NCBI GenBank assembly: GCA_044866315.1
Contig: JBIOTX010000088.1
Location: 4,210-68,209 of the forward strand
From: Thermoanaerobaculia bacterium
GTDB lineage: Bacteria > Acidobacteriota > Thermoanaerobaculia > Gp7-AA8
Direction of reading: 5' to 3'
Length of the DNA: 64,000 bases
The position numbers and the translations under genes were made by a program. Shown here in pieces: positions 8,869-16,078 of this stretch (its first letter is position 1; the number at the start of each line of letters is the position of its first letter). Under the pieces are notes generated by a model, which was not told the DNA's origin, made no database searches, and saw only the letters and a program-made list of their open reading frames with translations.

Positions 8869-9306
8869 ATGCGATTCGCATTCGCCGCCGCGTTCCTTTT
8901 CCTCTTCGCCACCGGCGCCTTCGGGCAGCCACTTCCCTCCGTCAACCTCCCGCCCGAGCTGGCGCGCGTCCTCCGCGACTACGAGAGCGCCTGGCATCCG
9001 CGCGACCCGGCCAAGCTGGCCGAGCTCTTCATCGAAGACGGCTTCGTCCTCGCTTCGGGCAAGCCGCCGGTGCGGGGACGCGCCGCCATCCGCGAGGCGT
9101 ACGCCGGCGCCGGAGGCCCGCTCGCGCTGCGCGCGCTCGCGTACGAGACCAGCGGCAACACCGGCTACATCATCGGCGCGTACGCCTCGGCGAAGGACGC
9201 GCCCGACATCGGCAAGTTCATCCTCGCCCTGCGGCGGGTGAAGGGACGGTGGTTGATCGCCGCGGACATCGACAACGGGAGCTCGCGGCCGAGGCCCGCG
9301 CAATGA
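8869..9306 (+). CDS. Secreted SnoaL-like/DUF4440 (NTF2-fold) protein
   Basis: Signal peptide MRFAFAAAFLFLFATGAFG. Motifs AWHPRDPAKLAELFIEDGFVL...GRAAI...GRWLIAADI are typical of the NTF2-like fold. Confidence 0.65.
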   Translation: MRFAFAAAFLFLFATGAFGQPLPSVNLPPELARVLRDYESAWHPRDPAKLAELFIEDGFVLASGKPPVRGRAAIREAYAGAGGPLALRALAYETSGNTGYIIGAYASAKDAPDIGKFILALRRVKGRWLIAADIDNGSSRPRPAQ

Positions 9307-10016
9307 TGGCGACCCTCGGCATCATCGGCGGCATCGCCCCGGAGTCGACGATCGAGTACTACCGGCTCGTCGTGGCCCGGCATCGGGAGCGGACCGGGCA
9401 CTACCCGCGCGTGATCATCAACAGCATCGACCTCGACGCCATGATCGCGCTGGTCGGGGCCGGGCAGTTCGCGGAGCTGACGGACTTTTTCCTCGCCGAG
9501 ATCGAGAAGCTGGCCCGGGCGGGCGCGGAACTGGCCCTCTTCGCCTCGAACACGCCGCACATCGTCTTCGCCGAGGTGGCGGCGCGCTCGCCGTTGCCCC
9601 TCGTCAGCATCGTCGACGCCGCGCGAGACGAGGCGAAAGCGCTCGGCCTCAGGCGCGTCGGTCTCTTCGGCACGCGCTTCACCATGCAGGCGTCGTTCTA
9701 CCGCGACAGCTTTGCCCAAGCGGACATCGAGATCGTCGCGCCCGAGGAGGAAGAGCAGCGTTGGATCCACGAGAAGTACATGGGCGAGCTGGTGAACGCC
9801 GTGTTCCGCCCGAAGACGCGCGCACGGCTGCTCGAGATCGCCGCCCGGATGAAGCGTCGCCACGCCATCGAAGGCCTGATCCTCGGCGGAACGGAGCTGC
9901 CGCTGATCCTACGCGACGCCGGGGCGCTGGGCATCCTGCTGGTCGATACGACGCGCGTTCACGTGGAGCGGGCGGTGGAGAGGATGGTGGGCGACCGCGT
10001 GTCATCCCGAGCGTAG
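9303..10016 (+). CDS. Aspartate/glutamate racemase family protein (both canonical catalytic Cys positions substituted)
   Basis: MMATLGIIGGIAPESTIEYY... N-terminus. Motifs FASNTPH (canonical CNTAH) and LGGTELP (canonical GCTE). The start ATG overlaps the upstream stop, and the 3' end and stop lie inside REP2 copy 1. Confidence 0.8.
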   Translation: MMATLGIIGGIAPESTIEYYRLVVARHRERTGHYPRVIINSIDLDAMIALVGAGQFAELTDFFLAEIEKLARAGAELALFASNTPHIVFAEVAARSPLPLVSIVDAARDEAKALGLRRVGLFGTRFTMQASFYRDSFAQADIEIVAPEEEEQRWIHEKYMGELVNAVFRPKTRARLLEIAARMKRRHAIEGLILGGTELPLILRDAGALGILLVDTTRVHVERAVERMVGDRVSSRA

Positions 10017-10094
10017 CGAGGGACCTGGGTGGGTGGGGCGCGCGTCTCGTGCCTCCCACCCGCCCAGGTCCCTCGCTCCCGCTCGGGATGACAC
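9999..10094. repeat. REP2 family palindromic element, copy 1
   Basis: gtgtcatcccgagcgtagcgagggacctgggtgggtgggg...cccacccgcccaggtccctcgctcccgctcgggatgacac. Confidence 0.85.
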
Positions 10095-10124
10095 TTTGGA
10101 GGTGGTGAGCTAAGGCGTCCGGGA

Positions 10125-10272
10125 CCGGAATGAAGAGGTTCGAGGGAAGAGGGAAAAATGGAGAAGTACGCCCCGCCGCCGCGATCACGGGGCGGGCGGG
10201 TTTCTTCCCTCTTCATTCTTCACTCGAACCTCTTCATTCTTCTGCCTTCTGCCTTCTGCCTTCTGCCTTCCC
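10125..10272. repeat. REP1 family element, copy C, with (TTCTGCC)x4 flank
   Basis: ccggaatgaagaggttcgagggaagagggaaaaat...cttcattcttcactcgaacctcttcattcttctgccttctgccttctgccttctgcc. It is the reverse complement of copy A. Confidence 0.85.
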
Positions 10273-10275
10273 TCC

Positions 10276-11133
10276 CTACGGCTTCAGCGCCTCCACCTTC
10301 CTCTCCAACTGCTCGCACGGCGTCCCGCTCCCCTGGACCGCGCGCTCCCAGGAGCCGTACATCGGGTTGGGGATCATGAACCAGCGCGTGCCCCACCAGC
10401 TGGCGGTGCGGTCGATGATGGCGTCGCGCTCGGCGACGGACTTGTCGCGGGCGTTGGCGAAGTCGTTGAGGTCGTCGCCGAGGACGAGGAGGACGCGGTA
10501 CTTGGAGGCCACGAAGGCGCGGCGGATGCTCTTGTCGCTCGTCTTCCACTCCTCGCGCTCGCCGCGGAGGAGGAGGGTGTCGTTGCTCGGGTCGAGGGGA
10601 TAGCCGAGCTTCTCGAGGTTGCGGCGGGTACCCGGCTCTTCGTCGGCGTCGCGGTTGGTGATGAAGAACGGGGTCACGCCTTTGCTCTTCGCGTAGGCGA
10701 GGAAGTCGGCCGCGCCGGGGACGGCTCCCGCGGCGGACTCGCTGACCCACTGGGTCCAGATGTCGCCGTCATAGGTCTTGCCGGCGCGGATCACGCGGCT
10801 CTCGAAGGCGTTGTTGGCGATGGCCGTTTCGTCGGCGTCGAGGATGACGGCCGGCGGCTGCGCGGGATCGTTCGCGGTCTCCTCGGCCGCGCCGACCCAG
10901 TTCGGATCGGCGAGCGCGGCGTCGAGCATGCGTTTGGCCGTGGCGTAGGTCTGCAGGGCCGCGGCGCGGTACTCGGCGGCGGTCTGGACCCACAGCGCGG
11001 CGTTCACGATGGCGTGGCCGGGATTGCAGGGTGGGGTGGTGGTAGGTGGTGCCGAAGCGACAACAGGCGGGAGCGTGGTGGTGTGGGCGCAGGCGGCGGC
11101 GAAGAGGAGCAGTGCGATCGCGAGTTTTCTCAT
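10276..11133 (-). CDS. HAD-superfamily class C acid phosphatase / 5'-nucleotidase, lipoprotein e(P4)-like
   Basis: ORF trimmed to MRKLAIALLLFAAACAH (lipobox). DxDxT motif ILDADETAIANN. Downstream GVTPFFITNR...GDDLNDF. Confidence 0.8.
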   Translation of the reverse strand: MRKLAIALLLFAAACAHTTTLPPVVASAPPTTTPPCNPGHAIVNAALWVQTAAEYRAAALQTYATAKRMLDAALADPNWVGAAEETANDPAQPPAVILDADETAIANNAFESRVIRAGKTYDGDIWTQWVSESAAGAVPGAADFLAYAKSKGVTPFFITNRDADEEPGTRRNLEKLGYPLDPSNDTLLLRGEREEWKTSDKSIRRAFVASKYRVLLVLGDDLNDFANARDKSVAERDAIIDRTASWWGTRWFMIPNPMYGSWERAVQGSGTPCEQLERKVEALKP

Positions 11134-11192
11134 CAGTAAAAAGGCCGCGCGTTGCCGCGCGGCCTTCTCCTTTATCACGTGAGGCGGGGGAA

Positions 11193-14100
11193 CTAGAAGC
11201 GGAGCTTGACGGCGAGCTGGAGCTGGCGCGGCTCGCTGGTGGCGTCGTACTGGTTTTCCTTGGCGAAGTTGGCGTTGCGGGTGAAGAAGAACCGCTGCTG
11301 TCCGGAGACCTGGCTGCGCGTGAAGAGGGTGCGGTTCGGGCCCGGGACGTTGTAGTTCTTGACGTTCAGGGCGTTGAAGACCTCGGCGAGGACTTCCACG
11401 GAGAAGTCGCGCCACACCCGGAACTCCTTGGCCACGCGGAGGTCGAGGTTGTAGTAGTTCGGCTGGCGCTCTTCATTCCGTCCCTGGAGCCGCGCGCCGC
11501 GGCCGTTGAGGTACGCGGCGATCTCGTCGAGCGTGCCCGCGCCGCCGGCGTTCGGGAACTGCGCCGCCAGGTCGATTACCTCGCCGTTGGAGTCGAGGAA
11601 GATCGGGGTGAAGTTGGTGGTGGACAGGCCGTTGGTCAGGCCGCTGATGGACGGGGTCCAGGGCGCGCCGGTGCGGTAGTTGAAGATGCCCGAGAGCATG
11701 ATCCCGAACGGGGCCTCGTAGGTGCCGGAGGCGACGAACTTGTGGCGCACGTCGTAGTCGGCGTAGCCCTCGTTCAGCTCGGGGTCGAACGGATCGATCG
11801 AGAACTGGGCGGAGGTGGAGCGCTCGTTGGAGTCCTGGTCGATGGCCCGGGCCCAGGTGTAGTGGGCGAGCCAGGTGAACTTGCTGTCGCCCACGGGGAG
11901 CTTCTTGGTCACGAGGCTGATCGAGCGGTAGTTGGCCTCGGCGTCGCTGACGTGCATGAGCACGTTGTTGAAGTCGGGGTAGCGGCGGTTCGGATCGTTG
12001 GTGCGGTACTCGATCAGGTCGCCGAAGGTGCGGCCGGTCGGGGTGGCGTTGATGTTGACCAGGCGCTGCTGCTTGTCGAATCGCGAGTACGTCCCCTCGA
12101 TGCCCACGCTGTACGACGTGCCGAGCTGCTGCTCGAACCCGAGCACGGCCCGGTTGTTCTCCTGGGCCTCCAGGTCCGGCGAGACCAGGGTGATGTCCGA
12201 GGCCAGGCGGGCCCGGGCCTCGAACTCCGCGCGGCTGAAGATGTTCGGGTAGGTCGGGCAGGGGTTGGTGGCGCTGCAGGTGACGCTGATGCGGGTGAAG
12301 AGGCCGCCGATCTGGGCCAGCGGGTTGGCCAGCAGGATCGAGGGCAGGAAGTTGTAATAGCGGCCCACGCCGCCGCGGACGACCTGGCGGCCGTTGCCGC
12401 GGATGTCCCAGGCGAAGCCGAGGCGCGGGGCGATGTTGTCGGTGTCCTCGTTGAAGTCGTCGACGAACTCCGGGTGGGTCGGGGCGACGTTGGTCACCGG
12501 CGTGGGCATCGACTGGGTGTCGTAGCGCACGCCGAGGTCGAGGGTCAGCTTGTTCAGCGTCCAGGTGTCGTGGACGAAGATGCCCCAGGTCTGGTAGTCG
12601 AACTGGTTCGCGCCCTGCTCATTGCCGACCGGGCCCATGCCCTGGGCGAAGAGGTTCGGCGTGCCGGCGAGGAAGGCGGCCACGTTGGAGAAGCGGTAGC
12701 GGCCGGCGAACTCGCGCGGGAAGAGGTTGTCCATCTCCGAGTTCACGTACTCGGCGCCGACCTTGATGTTGTGCTGGCCGAAGAGGAAGGAGACGTTGTC
12801 CTTCAGCTGCAGCTTGTCCTCGACCAGGTCGCTGGGGAGGAAGTCGGACTGGCCGAAGGTGTAGGCGATGTCCTGGATCTGCGTGGAGGGCACGCGGGTG
12901 TTGGTCGGCGTGCGCGGGCGCTCCTCGGAGCTGAACTGCACGATGGCCTGGTTGAAGATGGACTGGGAGAACACCGACTCCGCGCTCAGCACGGCGGTGT
13001 TGAAGTTGTTCTCGAAGATGCCGTTGTTCGAGAACGGGGTCGTGCCCTCGCTGCCGAGGTTCTCGTAGTTCGAGAAGTTGTCCCGGAAGGAGAGGTGATG
13101 GGCCGAGCCGACGTTGGCGTCGAGCTTGGCCAGGTAGACGCGCTGGTCGTCGGTGGTCTGGAACTGGAACTCGTCGTCGACGGAGGTGCCGAGGAGCGTC
13201 TCCACGCGGGAGATGAAGGCGGCCTTGTTCTCCGGCGAGAGGGCGATGAAGTCCGGGTCGGTCCGGAAGTCGAAGGCCACCACGCCGCGGGAGAAGTCCT
13301 GCCAGTCGGTGTTGACGAAGAAGAACAGGCGGTCCCTCAGGATCGGACCGCCGAGGGAGGCGCCGTACTGATCGACGTCCTTGGCCAGGAAGGTGTCGGT
13401 GATGTTCAGACCGTCGTTCGTGGTCGGGCGGTCGGCGGCCCAGGACGCGTGGCGGGTGTAGTAGAAGACCTCGCCGTTGAAGTCGTTCGTGCCGCTCTTG
13501 GTGATGGCGTTGAGGGTGCCGCCGGAGCCCTTCGCGTACTCGGCCGAGAAGACCGAGCGGATGACCTGGAACTCCTTGATGGCGGCCTGGGAGAAGGTGA
13601 ACGGGGCGCGGGTGCCGCCGCGCTGCTCGCCGAAGAAGTCCGAGTTCGTGTCGGCGCCGTCGATGTTGTAGTCGGTGGTGATGCCGCGGCCGCCGTTGAA
13701 GGCCACGCGCTCGCCGAAGGTCGTGACCGCGCCGGGGGTGAGCAGGGCCAGGTCGCGGAAGTCGCGGCCGAGGATGGGCAGGTTCTCGATCTGCTCCTCG
13801 GTGACCGAGGTGGCCAGACCGGACTGCTTGACGTCGACCACCGGGGCGTCCGCGGAAACGGTGATCGTCTCCGCGAGCTGCGGGTTGATGGAGAGGTCGA
13901 CGGTGGTGGTGTTGCCCAGGAGGACGGTGACGTTCGGCCGCTCGGCCGTGCCCAGGCCGGCCAGCTCCGCCGAGACGCGGTACGTGCCCGGAGGCAGCAG
14001 CTGCGCGTTGTACTGGCCCTCGTTCTCGGTGACGGCGGTGCGGGTCAGGCCGGTCTGGGTGTTGGTGACGGTGACGGTGACGCCGGGAAGGGCGCCGCCG

Positions 14101-14216
14101 CTGCTGTCCGTGATGTGGCCGGCGATCGCTCCCGTGGTCACGTTGCCCGACTGGGCGAACGCGAACGTGGCGACCAGCACGCACAGCAGCGCGATGACGA
14201 GACTGCGTTTCTGCAT
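11193..14216 (-). CDS. TonB-dependent outer-membrane receptor with N-terminal carboxypeptidase-regulatory-like domain
   Basis: ORF trimmed to MQKRSLVIALLCVLVATFAFAQ, preceded by AGGAGG. CarboxypepD_reg-like GHITDSSGGALPGVTVTVTNTQTG...YRVSAEL. Beta-barrel ending ...LQLAVKLRF. Confidence 0.9.
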   Translation of the reverse strand: MQKRSLVIALLCVLVATFAFAQSGNVTTGAIAGHITDSSGGALPGVTVTVTNTQTGLTRTAVTENEGQYNAQLLPPGTYRVSAELAGLGTAERPNVTVLLGNTTTVDLSINPQLAETITVSADAPVVDVKQSGLATSVTEEQIENLPILGRDFRDLALLTPGAVTTFGERVAFNGGRGITTDYNIDGADTNSDFFGEQRGGTRAPFTFSQAAIKEFQVIRSVFSAEYAKGSGGTLNAITKSGTNDFNGEVFYYTRHASWAADRPTTNDGLNITDTFLAKDVDQYGASLGGPILRDRLFFFVNTDWQDFSRGVVAFDFRTDPDFIALSPENKAAFISRVETLLGTSVDDEFQFQTTDDQRVYLAKLDANVGSAHHLSFRDNFSNYENLGSEGTTPFSNNGIFENNFNTAVLSAESVFSQSIFNQAIVQFSSEERPRTPTNTRVPSTQIQDIAYTFGQSDFLPSDLVEDKLQLKDNVSFLFGQHNIKVGAEYVNSEMDNLFPREFAGRYRFSNVAAFLAGTPNLFAQGMGPVGNEQGANQFDYQTWGIFVHDTWTLNKLTLDLGVRYDTQSMPTPVTNVAPTHPEFVDDFNEDTDNIAPRLGFAWDIRGNGRQVVRGGVGRYYNFLPSILLANPLAQIGGLFTRISVTCSATNPCPTYPNIFSRAEFEARARLASDITLVSPDLEAQENNRAVLGFEQQLGTSYSVGIEGTYSRFDKQQRLVNINATPTGRTFGDLIEYRTNDPNRRYPDFNNVLMHVSDAEANYRSISLVTKKLPVGDSKFTWLAHYTWARAIDQDSNERSTSAQFSIDPFDPELNEGYADYDVRHKFVASGTYEAPFGIMLSGIFNYRTGAPWTPSISGLTNGLSTTNFTPIFLDSNGEVIDLAAQFPNAGGAGTLDEIAAYLNGRGARLQGRNEERQPNYYNLDLRVAKEFRVWRDFSVEVLAEVFNALNVKNYNVPGPNRTLFTRSQVSGQQRFFFTRNANFAKENQYDATSEPRQLQLAVKLRF

Positions 14217-14343
14217 GCGAATCCTCCTGTGGGTTGCTGTAGCTGGGTGATTATTCACGAAAACGGGTGAACGGGTGTCAGGTTGTCGGGTCGTCAGGTG
14301 TCGGGTCGGGCCTGACAGCCCGGGAGCCCGACCACCGGACAAC

Positions 14344-15699
14344 TCAGAAGCTTTTCAGGAACGACTCGTTGGTCGGGTACTTCTGGAGCTTCTCGAGCAA
14401 CATCTTCATCGCCGTCATCGGGTCCGTGCCCGCCAGGGCCCGGCGCAGGATGTGGATCTTCGGCAGGACCGTCGGCGGGAGGAGCTTCTCCTCCTTGCGC
14501 GTGCCGGTCTGGGCGATGTTCATGGCCGGGAAGATGCGCCGCTCGAACAGACCCCGGTCGAGCACGATCTCGGTGTTGCCGGTGCCCTTGAACTCCTGGA
14601 AGATCACCTCGTCCATGCGCGAGCCGGTATCGACGAGTGCCGTGGCGATGATGGTCAGCGAGCCCCAGTCCTCGGCGTTGCGCGCCGCGCCGAAGAAGCG
14701 CCGCGGCTTCTCCATCGTGCGCGCGTCGATGCCGCCGGAGAGGATCTTCCCCGAGCCGCGCTGCTCGTTGTTGTACGCGCGCGACATGCGGGTGATGGAG
14801 TCGCAGAGGATGACCACGTCCTTCTTGATCTCCACGAGGCGCCGGGCGCGCTCGAGGATGAGCTCGGCCAGGTGAATGTGGCTCTCCGCGGTCTCGTCCG
14901 AGCTGGAGGCCACCACCTCGCCCTTCTCCACCGAGCGCCGGAAGTCGGTGACTTCCTCGGGGCGCTCGTCGACGAGGAGCACGAAGAGCATGACGTCGGG
15001 GTGATTCTGGTTGACGCCGTGGGCGATGTCCTTGAGCAGCGTCGTCTTGCCGGCCTTCGGCGGGGCGACGATGAGGCAGCGCTGGCCTTTGCCGAGGGGG
15101 GAGAGAAGATCGAGCACGCGCGTGGTCAGGCGCTCCGACTCCGTCTCCAGCTTGAACATCTCGTTCGGATCGATCGAGATCAGCTCGGAGAAGGGGCGGC
15201 GCGAGTCGCGGTACTCCTCGAGGGCCATGCCCTCGATGGTCTCCAGGCCGATGAACTCCAGGCCGTTGCCGGTGCGGCGGGCCGAGCCGCCGATCATCAG
15301 TCCTGCCTGGAGGTGCAGCCGCTCCACGATCGAGCGGGGCACGATCGGGTCGCCGGGCTGGGGGTAATAGTTGTTCTCGGGCTGGACCAGGATGCCGGTG
15401 CCGTTCGGCTTGACGAAGAGGACGCCGCCCACGGGGACGAGCTCGCCGGGAACGACGTCGGCCGGAGAGATCGGCATGGACGTGTCCGGCGCCATCGGGC
15501 GGTCGCCGGGGCCGCGGCTGCGGCCGCGCCGGGAACGGCGCCGGCGGCGTCCACCGCCGCCCCCGCCGTAGCCCTGGCCCGGGGGAATGGCTTCATTGCC
15601 TGGAGAGGGGCCGTTGCCGTTACCGTTCCCGCCGGCATCGGCGCCCCCGCGGCGTCTGCGGCGACGCCGTTTACGCGGAGTGCGATCGTCTGTTGTCAT
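14344..15699 (-). CDS. rho: Transcription termination factor Rho with Arg/Gly-rich N-terminal extension
   Basis: Walker A SPLGKGQRCLIVAPPKAGKTTLL, Q/R-loop region, CSD-like RNA-binding segment GVLFVKPNGTGILV. The first ~68 aa are RRRRRRR/GGGGGG low complexity. Confidence 0.95.
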   Translation of the reverse strand: MTTDDRTPRKRRRRRRRGGADAGGNGNGNGPSPGNEAIPPGQGYGGGGGGRRRRRSRRGRSRGPGDRPMAPDTSMPISPADVVPGELVPVGGVLFVKPNGTGILVQPENNYYPQPGDPIVPRSIVERLHLQAGLMIGGSARRTGNGLEFIGLETIEGMALEEYRDSRRPFSELISIDPNEMFKLETESERLTTRVLDLLSPLGKGQRCLIVAPPKAGKTTLLKDIAHGVNQNHPDVMLFVLLVDERPEEVTDFRRSVEKGEVVASSSDETAESHIHLAELILERARRLVEIKKDVVILCDSITRMSRAYNNEQRGSGKILSGGIDARTMEKPRRFFGAARNAEDWGSLTIIATALVDTGSRMDEVIFQEFKGTGNTEIVLDRGLFERRIFPAMNIAQTGTRKEEKLLPPTVLPKIHILRRALAGTDPMTAMKMLLEKLQKYPTNESFLKSF

Positions 15700-15886
15700 T
15701 TGAACTCAATCAATCACCGATGAGTTTGGTCACCTGCGATTCCCTGGATTCGACGACCGCGGAGCGGAGGAGCAAGTCTCAACGCCCGGCTGGATGGCCC
15801 TTTCGCAAGATCGTCGCGCGAGGTGCGGGGCGTAGTATGCGGAAGTGAGGGGGCAAATGCAAGCGGGGGCACGGGGTGCGACCGGA

Positions 15887-15989
15887 GTGTCATCCCGAGC
15901 GGGAGCGAGGGACCTGGGCGGGAGGGGCGCGATGCACGTGCCTCGTGCCACCCTCCCACCCAGGTCCCTCACTCACGCTCGGGATGACA
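15887..15989. repeat. REP2 family palindromic element, copy 2
   Basis: gtgtcatcccgagcgggagcgagggacctgggcgggagggg...ccctcccacccaggtccctcactcacgctcgggatgaca. Confidence 0.85.
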
Positions 15990-16078
15990 GTCGGTAGTAA
16001 CACGCACTTCCCCTATCGCCCGCTACACACTTGTGCCAAAATTGCCCCCCTCAACCCCTAATTCACGAGTCCACGTAC

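Noticed and set aside
14217-14343. Hairpin ggtcgggc...gcccgacc between rho and the TonB-dependent receptor gene, as a rho terminator or attenuator.
   Set aside because: The stem is plausible but there is no U-tract and no second supporting signal. Not strong enough to call as a feature.
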